From positions 62,001 through 126,000 of the forward strand of contig JAPMXV010000056.1 of NCBI GenBank assembly GCA_026936335.1: 64,000 nt of DNA. The letters run 5' to 3'. The DNA is from Mantamonas sphyraenae STR306 (taxonomy: Eukaryota > Protista > CRuMs). A model generated the notes under the pieces. That model made no database searches. It worked only from the letters and a program-made list of their open reading frames with translations, and was not told the origin of the DNA. Both the position numbers and the translations under genes were made by a program. Shown in pieces: positions 38,301 to 51,836 of the stretch (positions are counted from its first letter, which is position 1; every line of letters starts with the position of its first letter).

Positions 38301-38690
38301 ACGGCACAGCCATGGGCATCATGGGCCCCGACCCCTGTGCCATGTGGTTGTACATTTGTTGCTGCGCATACGCATGCGGGTACCCGTGGCTGGGGAACAT
38401 CGGCAGAGCGTAGGGGTTTCCAGATGTCGCCGTCAGCTCCGCAGCTCGCTTTGCCGCCTCTTTCTCCGCTTTGCGTTGCGCCTTGCGCTGTCGCTTCAGC
38501 TCCTTGCGGCGTCGCCGTTCCTCTTTGCTCTCCTTCTCCTCCTTCTTGTTCGCCCCTCCTGCACAGCGCTCATCGCCACCGGCGGCGCGGCTACCGTAAA
38601 CTTGACGTTCCCAGTCGTGTTCACCGCACCGCTCCCTCCGCCCATCTTGAACGTCAACTTCAGTGTTGGCTTGCCTCCCTGTTCAGACAT
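35352..38690 (-). CDS. Bromodomain protein (possibly BRD7/9-like); frame break near 38563
   Basis: F.EPVD...DYLDYVDEPMDFSKM..KI..G.Y...NCFAYN, with the acetyl-lysine-binding Asn intact. Intron 37974-37815 links the upstream exon. Confidence 0.8.
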
Positions 38691-38758
38691 GACGCAGGCT
38701 CGCTACTGCAGTTCAATTTGTTGCTTCCACATCCGCTGCCCGCTCGCACGCCTCCTCC

Positions 38759-41322
38759 TCACACTCCAAATGCACCCGTTTTGGTCACTGCATCTTCTGC
38801 ACGGCTGCGCTTGATGAATCCCATCATATGCAGCTCACCCAGGGCCTGCGAAAACCGAGCCTGGCTCACACGCGCTTCTTCAGCGTCCTGCATCACCTCG
38901 GTAAACGCTGCCAAGGCTGGCCCCAACGCAACCGTCTGCCCACTGGTCTGCTCACAATGGAATACAGCAGATTGACATCGCCTGCACGGTAGTCCAGCGA
39001 GTGTCCCGAGCAGCAGCTGCAACCCAGAATCCGCTCCGGTTCGACCAGCGCTGTCATCAGCGCATGTCGCGGCTGCGCCATGAATGCTTGGGCCACACTC
39101 GTGCTGTCCTGCATACGGAATACCTCGATCAGCGGTTGCGCATTTGCGTCCGCCAGGAATGTGTCACAGTACTCGGTCAGCAGATCAGCCAACCGGTTGC
39201 TCAGAGCAGACATATCTGCACCATGGACCCCGATTTCCTTCTTCCCATTACCACTTTTACCTCGCTTCCTTGTGTTCCTGCCACCCTTGGCTTCAGACTT
39301 GCGTGTTTTGCCCCCTTCCGTCGAGTCTAGACCTTCCAGGCTGCGCAAATCATCCACAATGCTCTGTAGTGTGTCCACAAACGGTCCCATCACCATGTAT
39401 GCCTGCGACTCGCTTTGTAACTTGCGTTTCCTCCTCGATCCTGTGCTCTGCGCCTGCTGCTCACCGAAAACTCCGCTTGCATCCAAAGCTGCACGCGCCT
39501 CCTCCATCCATTCCAGGCACAGGAGGGCGCGTACGTACAGTTCTTGTTGGTTTGCCACTCGCATTTGCACCATGACGTGTTTCCAGTCGCTGCTGTTGCC
39601 CACCCCAGCGTACAGCTGCAGTCGCAGCCATTCGCGGTACGATCGCTTGTGCTGGCTGAAACGCTGCAGCACCTGCACCGCAAAGCCCAGCATCACAGGC
39701 CAGATGCGTAGCTGCAGTAGCAGTTCTGCACGCCACTCCAACACCAGATCGACGAGCAGCGCGTCGTTTTCCAGCAGCGCCGCACCATCCTCGGCCTCGT
39801 CAATGTACGCCTGCACAGATTTGAGTCTGCGCACTCCTTCCACGTGCGCCCCGCTCATCAACATGCGCACGCTCTTTTCGTCCAGGCTCTCGTTGCAAAG
39901 GAAGCTGCAGGGCTGCGTCAGAAAGTGATCCAGCAGAGCAAATTGTACCTCGCGACACACAGTCTGCACCGAAAAGTTGTTTAGCAGAAAGTTGTCCAGA
40001 AGCAATTCGTACAGGTCGTGGCCCAGCTGCGGCACCTGTCCGCTCCCAAACACTGCCCGCTGCAGAATCTGGTCCAGCGACTCCATGCTGCTTTGCAGCC
40101 AGAATTTCTCTGTGCGCAGCATTGAGGACACGCTCCGCGTCAACTTGTAGTGAATGCTGTCTGTGGACGTAGCCAGACCCAGCAGGAGTACCACACACAT
40201 GTTGTGCGAGTGTTCCGCAAGCAGTGTGAGCAGCTCCTGCACAACTTCGTCCGCAAACGCCTCAAAGTTTTGCAGCACACCCACCAGCACAGGTGTTTCC
40301 TCCTGTGCTGCATACCACTCCTCCAGCATGAACATGTTCGACGGCGTCTTGTGCGTCCCTCGAGTCCCTGTGCCTTCCAACTCGCCCTCTTGCGCCTTCC
40401 ACATCTCTAGCACCTTGCCCATGTCCAGCTCCACACCGTCGCTGTCACTGTCCACACTCTGCTTGTCTGCGTCCTCCTCATCCTCCTCTTCTTCTTCCTC
40501 CTCTTCTTCCTCCCCGTGCTGCTCTGGTTGACCACGACCAGCCTGTCCCCGCCTCTCACGGTGCGACTGAGTGCCATCTTTCACCGCATACGGGTTCTGT
40601 ACAATCTGGCGCACAAACTGACGCACCAGGTCGGCCAACTTGGTGCCTTTCTTGGCCTCCAGCAGGGCCACACGCACATTCCGCACACGCGACCTGTCCG
40701 AGCTCGGCTCCACCTCCACCGATGACGACGAAGATGAGGCCAGGCTGGGCAACTCTTCTGGCTTGGTGGTATGGTCTGTGTCTGTGCCTTTGCTATTCGC
40801 CAGATGGAGTGCCAGCTGGCGAAAGATGTGCGAGTGATCGCGCACATTGACACCTGCAAACACCAGGCCCGTCGGCAGCTCTACCATCTGCACGCCGCGA
40901 GTGCTGTCCCATTCCATCACGTCATACATGCGACCCAGGTGCTTGGTGTCCATCTGCTCCTCTGCACAATCATGCACGAAGCGGCTCAGCGATGCAAACG
41001 CCTTGCCGTTTGCTTCGTTCAGCACCTCGTCCACCGCCTCCTGCATCTGTCCCCATGCCCGTTCATACCCTTCCTCCCGTGCACGCACACTTTCCCTCGA
41101 CTCCTTGTGCATACATTCGCCCCATCCCAAGCCCGTGTCCTCCTGCTCATGCGTCTCGCTGCCGTGCACAACGAAGCAGCTCTTTGTCAACCCAAGCGCA
41201 ACTTCCTCTTCGCCAAACACGCCTTCTCTCACGCCGGCCACGTCTCCCTCCTCCTCTTCCACCTCTGCAACATCGTCTACCACCGCCCTTGACCGTTGAC
41301 GCCGACGACTCCTCCGACTCAT
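38759..41322 (-). CDS. ORC3: Origin recognition complex subunit 3; frame break near 38955
   Basis: Motifs ELPTGLVFAGVNV.DH, FEAF, LLLGLATS, HFLTQP.S.L and PR.AL.TAL..P. The winged-helix end ARFSQALGELHMMGFIK lies in the adjacent frame. Confidence 0.9.
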
Positions 41323-41370
41323 GGCGAAACACTGGCCCAAGAGTCGCTGCGCACTCTGGTCACATCTACT

Positions 41371-42249
41371 TCATTCTGTGCCAACACCTGCACCCCCTCC
41401 TGACCCCGACCCGACCTTGCCGCTCCGCAGCGCCAGCATAGCCAATTCATCCGCATTCGGCACCTCGGCCAGCGATCTGTGAATGGCGGCCACAATCTGG
41501 GAGACCGGCACAAAGTCAAACCCGGATGACAGCGCCTGTCGGTACTCACGTGCCACCTTGACCATGCGCATGTACTTGCCAAAGTTGATCAAATCGCCAA
41601 AGAGCTCCTCCTCGCTCTGCTCCAGCGACTGCAGCTGCGACAAAACCAGTTCAAGAGGAGCCTGACACGTCTTCCACTCCCGCCCACGAATCAAGTTGCG
41701 AATGGCCTGAAAGTTGCCCCGCGACGACGTAATGTGCACCAGCGACGAGTATGCGTCCACCACCGAGGACGACCACTTGATCTCCTGCGGGTTGGCAAAC
41801 AGCTGAGCCAGCACATCCGAACGCAGCGCGTTGCCAAAAGCCATGCTTGCCTCGTAGTTGCGCATCTGGGTCACATAGCGTCCCACTTTGATCATCCTGC
41901 GCAGCTGTTTTAGTTGCGCCTTGCGACTGTTGCGCCGCACGACCTGGTGGATGACCCAACGCTGGAGCCTGTCGCCCATGCTCGCCAGATCTGCCACAGA
42001 CTGGGCGTGCAGCTCGCGCGACTTTCCATCCAGCCGCAGAGACAACAAATCCCGCTCAGACACCGCTTTTGCAAGTTCGCCCAGCAGCAGCACCCACTGC
42101 CGCGCGACCTCTTCTGCATCCACGTCGTCCACGCTCAGATGTGGCGAAAACACATTCACAGGCACCTTTGGGGTGGGTGAAGAGGCAGTTTCACCCCCTC
42201 CAAGGTCGTTGCCCAACGACAACGCTGCCATCATCATCGACGACGACGA

Positions 42250-42282
<33 letters not shown>

Positions 42283-45200
42283 CGACGCAGCAGATCCCGT
42301 CGACACCACCTGCGTCATGTTCACGCTGCCAGACGCCAACGTGTGTTCGTTTGGCAACGTGGGTGACATGGATGTCGTCCGCTCCATGTCCTTGCGGCCG
42401 TACACCAAATTGCGCAATTGTTTGGCCGTGTTGGGGCGTGCCCCTGCAATGTCTTCGCAAAAATCCAGCACGTACTGCAGCAAGCTGGCTGAAAAGTCTT
42501 TGTGATGATTCGTCAGCCACGTGCGAAGGAACGAACACACACGGATCTGCACCGGGCCAAGCACCTCGGCCCGCCATCGCTCTTCCAATCCAATGGCCAC
42601 TTCCTCGTCAGGCACAGGCATCCAGTACCGCTGCATCAGCTTGCTCATCAACTTCTCCGGTGCGCAGAAGCGTGGAAATGCAAGCAAGAACGACTGTTGC
42701 ACCTGCCGATCTTGTCGCACCGCCTCCGTGCTCATGATCACCAGCCGGTTCAGAGACGCAAAGAACTGGTTTCCTTCGCGAATGAGGCTCTCTGGGCCGT
42801 CTTTTTCCTCCCACACCGCCAAGTCACCTCGCTCCACAAACGTCACCGACAACGGCGAGCGATGGACATGCTCCCCCTCGTCCTCGTCCTCGTCGCCGTC
42901 TTCCGCACCTTCGTTTGACCCATGCAACGTCACATTCAACACATATTCGCCCACCAGAGGCGACGAGAACGAGCCGCTGTACGTGCCGTCCCCGTTGTCG
43001 ATCACCAGCGAATCTGCGGCGTCCTCTCCGTCCTCGCTGTCGTCATCGCTGAACCACCCATCCACATCCTCCTCTTCAGCGTTCAGCTGTCGCAACAACA
43101 CCATTTGCACATCCTGTCCGCCCGCATCAAGCCGATTGCCGTAGCGATCGCGGCCCACCACTTGAAAGTGAACAATGTCCCCGACCTGGAACGCTTCGCC
43201 CTTGCTCTTGGCCTTGCCGTCGCTGGTGGTCAGGGACAGCACACTCGTTGCAGCACACATAGTCCCCGGGCGCACATCCACCTGCCCCGCGCACCGGATG
43301 TGCTCGGCTCCTACCCCGCGCACGGCCACCCGCACGTCGTACCGTCCGCTCTTGAATGTGGACAGGAACACGCGGTAAAGGAAAACGGATTGCGTCTCCT
43401 GCTGCTCCTCGATCCCTTCGTCGGTGCACACTGCAACTGCCGGAGTCACAAAGCCACTGCGTGTCTCCTCTGGCCCAACAAAATCCACAATCACTCGCTC
43501 GGGTTCCACCTCGCTCTCCACACGCATCTCCAACTCCACAGCCTGTCCTGTGCATACCTCGGCCCTCTCTTGCGCCCATCCGACCACCACTGGTGTTTCA
43601 TGCGATGCGTATGTCTCCGTTTCAGCGTCGGCCCACTTGGCGTCTCGTTGTGAACGATTGCCGTAGAAGCCTCGTGGAAGACCATTCACGTCATCTACAA
43701 TGTTGATGGCACGTGTCAGCTTGCTCTCCAAGTACTGGTATCCCAGGTTGTCTGTGTGTCCCCGCCTTGGATCTGCGTGCGACCGCACATCCGATGCCAA
43801 GTCGCTCAGCCACGTTCCCAGCTCGTTTCCCCTTCCCAGCGTGATCAGAGGAACCAAAAAGTCCACACTTTTCCCAAAAATGGCCTCGTATGTGCGATAG
43901 CCACGTGTCAGGAACGCCACCGCCATGTCCCCCAACTGTTGGCGACTGGACGCCCCTGCTTCGTCCACAACCACCTCGCCAACCTCATCCACGTGTTGGT
44001 TCAGAATGTGACCCAGACGGCAGCACACTTTGCCCACCAAAGGGTGCAAATTCCCATACACGGTCTCGATCACCCGCAGCGCCTCTGTGTACCGCCCGTG
44101 CGCTTCTTTCCACTCGCCCAATGACTCGTACAACTCGCCAATCTCCACCAATGCCAACAGAGACACGCGACTGTACTCCCCCAGCACACGCACCGCCAGA
44201 TTACGGCTTGACTCCGCCTGCTGCAGCGCCAGCCGCAGCGTCTCTGTTCTCTCCTTGACGCCCACATGCTGAACTCCTGCGTGCCGATGGTTTTCTCGTG
44301 CCAGTTTCAGCAACGATTCCACGTACGCTTCACTTTCGTTGCCAAACAGATCCAACACCAGTGCATGCATGGTTTCCTGCCGCTGCACGGCTGTCCACGA
44401 TGCATCCTGATCATCTTCAGCCGCCTGAGCCTCGGCCGCTTCCACGCACGCGTCCATGAGCTCCTGCACCTGATTGTCCAATCCAATCGACTTGACCGCT
44501 GCGTCCAACACTTCCACGTCCTCCTCCTGCAGTGGAGAGGGGTCCTGGAATGCCTCGCTGTGTGCAAACAGCCGTTGATGGCATTCGGGCGAAAAACACA
44601 CGCCAGTGGCCTGCTGCAGTCTCAGGAAAAGGGCAAACTTGGGCAAGAAGGAACGAAGGTCAAATGCATCGCTGCGCTCCGTGTTTGTGAGCCCTTCCGG
44701 GAATCGCTCCTCGATGTCTCGCTTGAGGCCGCAGAAGAAGGCGTCACTGTCTGCACTCTCGCCCAGCGCCAGATTGAAAAACGCAACGGCTGCGCTTCGC
44801 AGGCTACCTTCGTCCACGGGCCGCACGGCATTCTGCTTCCGCATCTCTTGCCGCAGGCGCACGGTGCTTCGCCAGTCGATGCTGCTCATGCTGCTGTAGT
44901 TGAGGGCGGCCACCTGCGTACTGAGACCATCTTTGCCCATGGCTGCCACGACCAGACCACGGTTGGCATCACGCAACAGGCTCTGCAATCGCGCCTTGCA
45001 CACACGCGTCACCATCTCCAGCATAATCAGCTGGATGTTGTGGATGCCAGTGATGCGAGCGCGTACGCGTCCCAGGTGCCTCAGATTGATGCCCCGTCGG
45101 TGCATGTGTGCCACCAGTTGCCAACTGTCCACCGGTGCAACGTTTCGGATTTCCAGGTCTGCAGCAAACTGCTCCAGCGTCTCTTCGCGCAGACGCGCAC

Positions 45201-47528
45201 TCGCCTCCACCACCCTGTCATTGTGGATCCGTCCATTGTGTGCACACCGGTCGCCCAGATCCCCAAAACACTCTGTGCAGCATCCAAACCCCGTCAGGGC
45301 GTCTGACGACAACGGTTGAGGACACTGGGCCACAAACTCGGGTCGCAGCAGCTGGGCAAACACTCGTCCAGGCCCATGCACCAACACAGCCGGCCCAAAC
45401 ACAGCCTCGCTGTCCAGCAGCATGCTTGCATGTGGACTGAACACACGCCCATCCGGAGCGCAAACCTGAGCATCTGCATCCTCATCCTCATCCTCATCGT
45501 CTTCCTCATCCCCATCTCTCCATCCACACTGTCATCTTCGCCCCGTGTGGCCCTTCCCTCCTGGCTTCCGTTGCTCATCCCTCTCCCTCGTGTGCTGCGA
45601 TTCCCACTCAGCTTGCGTGCAGGCCGTGTCGCCCCGGAGAAACTGGCTGTCCTTGACCGTGCCAACACCACAGTCCGCTCCGACCCGTCGCTGTCGCTGC
45701 GATTCCGTGGCGACCAGTCGGCGCCCGTCAGACTGCCTCGCCGTGTTCGTCCGCTGCCCATGTCCGACGAAGACGTCATGCTTGATGTGCGTGCACGTGC
45801 CCCAACCCCGCCGGCCATCGGCGACGTCGACTCGTGCCCCTGCCCTTGCTGCACCCCCGTGCGCACCGACAGTGGCGATGTGCTCTGTAGCCCTGTTGTG
45901 CTTGTCGACCCAATTCCAATGCGCCTGCCTCGCGACTCTGTCGTCGACCTTGCACGCCTCCTTCCTGGCCGTTTCCACGCCCCTCCACCACCACCACCAC
46001 CACTGCCGCTCCCCTCCTGTCGCTCTGGCGTGTCTCCACGCCCTGTATCTTCCATCGATGACGACAGAGGCGACGATGAGTCCTCGCTCTTGCCACCCTC
46101 CTCACCGCCTGCCGCGCGTCTGCAGAAACGCAGCCCTGTCCCGCTTCCCGACAGCGACGACGAAGGCGACAGGGTTTGTCCACCAGGCTTCAATGTCGAT
46201 GACGATGATGACGATGATGACGAAGAAGAAGAAGAAGGCGACAGCAACCGGGCCGCACCGCCCGTCTCGTCCAGCGACGACGAAGCCGTGGTCATCGAAC
46301 CCGCATCTGCACTCGGTTGTGGTTTGCCCACAGGCAACTTGGCAGGCAGGAAGCACAGCAGTCCGGGCGACAACGGATTGCATCGCATCAGCTCAGCAAC
46401 CATGGCCTCATCCACCTCGGGGTGGTTCGTGTGTTGGGCAAGAAGCGACGCCACATCCCGCTTCCACCGGCGCAAATTCAGCCGCAGAGCAACAGGCTCG
46501 CGCTGCGGAAGGATCAGCCACGCCTTTGCATCGTCGCTGGGCATCTCTGCGGGCATCAGGCGAGCAACGTCCAGAAGGTAGGCCCGGTTGTCGGCTCCCA
46601 GATGCCCTTCTATGTCTCCAGGGCCGTACAGGTGGTGAAGACTGGAGCCTGACGCATGGCCACACAGGTTGAGCTGCGTGCACGCTTGTTTCACGGTTGC
46701 GTTCAATCGAGGGTTGGACGAGTGTGTGGTCACTCCGCCGTCGTGGCTCCCGTACACCAGCGTGTCACGGTTCACAGGCAGCACACTCTGCGCAATCACA
46801 CGGTGGCCACAGTAGTCCACCAGCGCCATCAGAGGAAAGTGCAGGTTGGGCGTGTTTGTCTGCAGCAGGCTCTTCAACGCTTTCAGTTCTTGGCCTGCCG
46901 CCTTGCGACTCCAGAAATCGCCCCCGTGCACTCCCTTCCGGTCTTTGGCAAACTTGAGAAACACACCGTCAAAGCAATATTTGTCGCCTCCACCAATGCC
47001 CCCCAAGGTGTGGTCCACGGGGATCCTCTTGACGTCGTTGGGCAGTCGTTCCTCCCGCACAATCACCTTGGCCAACTCCGCCGCACGCGCCTCAAACTCT
47101 TGTGACAGCGCCGAAATGGCCAGTGCCCGATTCAAACGTTCCTCTGGCGTCCTGCTGGGCATGTCCAGCAGCTTCTGGAACTCGCTGTTCCACGGCCTGC
47201 CTGTGAGTCGCAAAGCAGCTGCGAATTCGTCCTCGTCATCCCCGGTACTCGAGTCTACGAGGCCGTTCTGCACACCCAAAAGGTCAATGGATGTTCGACC
47301 AACGTCCAAGTCCCAATGCGCGGGCTTTTCGATCCCATTCCTCTGGTCCTCGTCCTCGTCCTCATCGTCGACATCGACCAGGGCGTTTGCGTACCCCGTT
47401 TGGCTCATCAATGCAGCAGGACGCCCACTCCCGTCGTCTCCATCTGCGTCCAAACTTGCTGTGCGACGCCACAACGCGCACAGTTCTTCAAACTGTCGCT
47501 GTGGATCGTCATCCGTGGACACGTCCAT
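41371..47528 (-). CDS. Clu domain - CLU-central - TPR - filamin repeats - REM - RasGEF(CDC25) multidomain protein; frame break near 45517
   Basis: Clu motifs GGIGGGDKY, FPLMALVDYCGHRVIA and GPGDIEGHLGADNRAYLLDVARLMP; then LRPEFV and MHRRGINLRHLG; filamin DNGDGTY; REM RVCSFLRTW; GEF EVARQ...LINFGK. Confidence 0.82.
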
Positions 47529-47616
47529 TTTTTTTTTGTTTGCAGCGCCAATGGCATCCATTGCATCTCTCCAAATCCCCCCACACATCACCATCCTCTG
47601 TCGCCGGCACCTCGGC

Positions 47617-48830
47617 TCAGTAGTACACAGTGTTTTGTGTGTAGTGCCGCTCCACCTTTCGGAAACCGTCCACCTTGCCCAGTTTCCACAGATAGTGGTC
47701 CAGGGTGAGGGCGTTGACCTGTGGCATGGTTTCCTGTGCATCCTGTGCATCTTTGTCGTTTGCGGACACGCTTTGGCTCTCGGCATACACAGAGAGGATT
47801 CGTTGGCAAGCGACAATTGCGGCAGAGCGCAACTCAACCTCCGCCTGACAACGCTTGAGCACGGCCCCAGACTCAATGTGTTCCAGCAGCGATGAATCCA
47901 GTGTCAAAATACCCAGGTGACGCAACACAGCGGGCAGGACGTTGTCGGACATGACGGTGAGGCGGTGAATGTCGTCAAAGGCAAACAGCTTGGGTTCCTC
48001 CTCCGCAAAGCGCATGTACAGTTCGGCAGCCAACAACTGTGCCTTTTTGATGTGAAAGACACGCGTGGTGCCTCGGTGCCATGAGATGTCGGCAAAGGCA
48101 GGAAACAGATCGACCAGCTTGCGCACAAGCCTCTCTGCCAGCAGTTGGCCCTGCGGCATGTCGTTGGTCAGCACGTCCAGAATCAGCGTGGCAAAGTCGT
48201 CGTAGCCATGGTTCATCAGGATGGTGCCTGACTCCACCAACGTGGTGCTGATCTGCTTTGCCAGCTTGGCCAGCGGGCCGTCCTCGTACGTGCTGATGCC
48301 TGCCTGCAACTCAACCTCCTGCTCTGCTTTGATGTCCCAATACTGTGCCGCCTGCGTTGCACTCATGTTCACCATGGTCTCTGTGTTGAGCCGGACGCCG
48401 GAAATGTGCAGGCCAAGCATGCCTTGAACAATCGTCTCGTACGCCCCGCGCCCACGTGTTTCGTGCAGCAGATGCCTGTAGCCCGACGCAAAGTTGAGCA
48501 GGTCCAGCCAGGCGTAAAAGTTGAGTTCGGCCTCCAGCGAGTCGAAGCGGATGGGGAACTTGGTGGCGCCGCTGAGTTTGCCAAACTGCTCCATGTCCAG
48601 CTCCGCCACAAACGACTCGATGGCAGCGTCGTCGATGGACACATAGTGTGCATCTGCCATCACTGCCTCGTTGCTTTCCACAATCAGCTGCAGCACGTCT
48701 GCACTCTCCTTGCTCTGGCCCTCCTCCTTTGCCACTCCTGCAAAGTCGCTGACCACCACGCTCGGCGACCCTTCCTCGTTGAATGCCTTGGCGGCACGCA
48801 CACCGGCCTTGCCCATGCTCTCCACCTCTT

Positions 48831-48871
<41 letters not shown>

Positions 48872-48873
48872 AT
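47617..48873 (-). CDS. QNG1: Queuosine 5'-phosphate N-glycosylase/hydrolase (queuosine salvage, DUF2419/C9orf64)
   Basis: Motifs DLLNF, FPAFAD, KKAQLLAAEL, LTVMSDNVLPAVLRHLGIL, EVELRS and LDHYLW. Confidence 0.88.
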
Positions 48874-48965
48874 CTCTTTAGTCTTGGGGTGCGAGAGCGA
48901 GGGCAAAACAACTCACCCACACAAGGTCGCCAGCTGTGTGCCTGTCCTTCTCTCTGCAACCCACC

Positions 48966-51805
48966 ATGCAGTGCACCGCCAAGGACAGCCACAATCTGCG
49001 GGCCTTTGAAACAGAGGTGCGGCAGAGCTGCCGCATCCTCGTGCAGGAGCTGGGCTGGCCCACGGACCAACGCCATTTCCACGCCGTAGGCGACGACGAC
49101 ATCACCGATGGCCAACGGGCCCTCATGTTGCCCGTTGTGGACTGTCCCGTCTTTCTCTTCCGTGGCGTCATCTACCAACTTCTGAGTGACGGAAATCCGG
49201 ATGCTAGCAGCCTGCAGCGTCGGATTTTGGCTGCCAAGCGCCGCCTGCAAACAGCCCATCTCGTCGATGCCTCATGTGTACAGCGTATCCATGTACCCCA
49301 ACAGGCGCTTGTGCGATGGGCTGGCCACGCTGTGTTTGCCATCGAGCATGTGGATGTGCTCCTGGACGCGGTCGACAGTTGCCCCTTCGACGACCTGCTC
49401 TCCCATTGGCGCACATGCCACCTGGACATGTCCACACGTGTCTCTCGCACTCGCAACAGCGCCAAAGAAGACCGCCATGCGCGTGGAACAGATGAAGACG
49501 CTGTGTTCGACACGGTGGGCACCCAGATAGATTCCGACCCAAGCGGCAGCTCCGTCCAGGCTGCTCCTTCGCCCGTCGAACCTCACCAGCCCTTGCGCTT
49601 TGCCTTACATGGCTCCCAGTCTGACACATGGGTCTTTCTCTCGGGCCATTGTGTGCCCTTTGTACCCAACGCGGATGGAGAGTATGTACCCAGCTCGGTG
49701 GTGTTTGTTCACAAACGCCCGGCCTGCTCACACCACCGCGTCCCCCCTCCCGTTTCCCCTCCCTACACAGAGATTCGGGACGCAACTACCGCGCCGAACT
49801 TTGCATGGCCTCTGCGGCATGCAATCGCAACGTAGAGCACGAAGAGGCGCCGCTCAAACCGTCCTTGCGCGAGTGCGGCAGCATGACAAGCGGCAGCAGC
49901 GACAGTGGGACTCCGGCAGTGCTGTGTGCGCCGTGGAACAGGGTGAGGTTGGAAGTGGCGCATGTGGGACTGGGACTGTCTGACCTCTGCACCAAGGTGG
50001 CCATTCCACAGTTTGTGGAGGCCATGACACAGGTTCGCGTGCGGAGCGCAGTCAGTGTGGCCCATCTGGCACACAACATGGGTCTGAACTTGTGTATGAT
50101 GGGCGCATGCATTGGTCCATTGTTGAACCAGCGGCAATTCGACGCAGCCGTGTCGTTGATGCAGGAGCTGGTGGGGCGCACTCTCAAGGCCCAAGTGCGA
50201 ACGCAGTTGAATCAGGTGTACAGCGTGGACAATGACGACAAACAGGAAAGCGAGATGCAAGCAGCGCACGAACAGGACGTGGACCTGGAGGGCATCTTGC
50301 ACGAGGCTCTGGCTGCGTTTGTCCATCGTGAGAGCAGCGAATACGAGCGCGAAGACCCTTTCTGCGAGTTGCTAGAGGCCAAGTTCCCCGGGAGTCTGGA
50401 GAGTGCACAGCACATGCAGTGTCTGTGGCAGGTTGTGGGTAACACAGCGTGCAAGTGGGCCATTGTGAACCGAGTTTGCTCGGATCTGGGCATGCCGTTG
50501 GGTTCGCTGCTCAACCACGAACAGCAACTCATGTGGCTTCGTCTGGCAGACACAGAGTGCTCCCTGGACTCCTGGAGTCCTTGTACAACACATCCGTGTA
50601 TTCCCTCGCTCACTGATGCCCGAGGCCTCGCTGCACGTGTGTTTGCCAACTGCTACCGACTCGTGGCCACCGTCGCTCAGTCGCCCCTCACCCTGCTCGA
50701 GATTCACCAGCACCAACAACGCCCTCACCTACACCAACAACACCAACAACACAACCACCACAAGCTGCATCGCCATCACTACGCACAACAGCACAATCAT
50801 TCACAGCAGCACCAGCAGCCGTTTCGCACCTCACCACGCCCTTTCCATCCAAACAGCACAGACGACGTCCTGTCAATGTCTTCCCACACTGGTCACGTGC
50901 ACTCCACACCAGGAGTGCACATCAACTCTGCCCACCACGACGACGGCGACCACGATCCGTTGCACAGCGCTGAGCATGCCCTTGCTGCGCTGGTCGAATG
51001 CTGCTCCGCCTTTGGTCTCCCCTATCCACACTTTCTCGTGGGCGACGTGTTTTTCGCGCGGTACTTCTCCTGTGATCCGTGGACTGCACTGCATTCGGGA
51101 GCCAAGGACGATCTGGCACGCGCAAGCGCACACTACCGAGCGGCCGTTCCCCACGAGTCCAGTCTTGTGCACAACGACGCCGACGACGACGGCAATGAGT
51201 ATGGAAATGGTGACGACGAGGAAGATCTTGTTCGCCGCAGCAGCAGTGCATCGGTCGCGTCGGCCTCGTCTGCATCGTCGACGTCCTCGCTCGCGCCTTT
51301 TCACCCTCTGCGCATCCTGCACAGTGTCGACCACTGCACATGGCTCCTACCATGGCTGCAAACCCACACTACGGTGTTGCGACAGTCCAACAGCGATTTG
51401 TGCATGCTCCTCTTTGCGCTGCGGTCACAAGCACATCCTCCCTCGCTGCTCGAGTTGCCCAGCCTGCTGTGGCCTCAGATGCAGATTCGAACCACCGACG
51501 AGGCAATTTGGGCCCTGTTGCGTGATGGAATCTCCCATCGTGTACGTGAGGAGCCCCATTTGGACAATCTCAACATCAGCCTGTGGCGTCCCAACCACCC
51601 TGCATTCCATGACATCTCCTCGCCTGCGCTTCGCATGGATGTGCGCATCGTCGGCACCTCTGTACTCGTGCACAACGATCACCAGCGCATGGTGGAGCAT
51701 TCTCTGGACGATGTGGCGCATATTGTGCAGAGCGTGTACGATGCAGCCACGGCGCGAATCGCCAACAGCAGCAGCAATGGCGACAGCAGCAACAGCGACA
51801 GTAGT

Positions 51806-51836
<31 letters not shown>

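Noticed and set aside
38936-38955. A 20-nt GTGAGC...CAG mini-intron that would repair the ORC3 frame
   Set aside because: Far shorter than every other intron here (69 nt or more), has no branch point and would delete winged-helix residues; a 1-nt indel is simpler.
48836-48870. (CTG/CAG)n trinucleotide tracts here and near 31050, 42240 and 51800
   Set aside because: Ordinary coding poly-Ser/Gln microsatellites.
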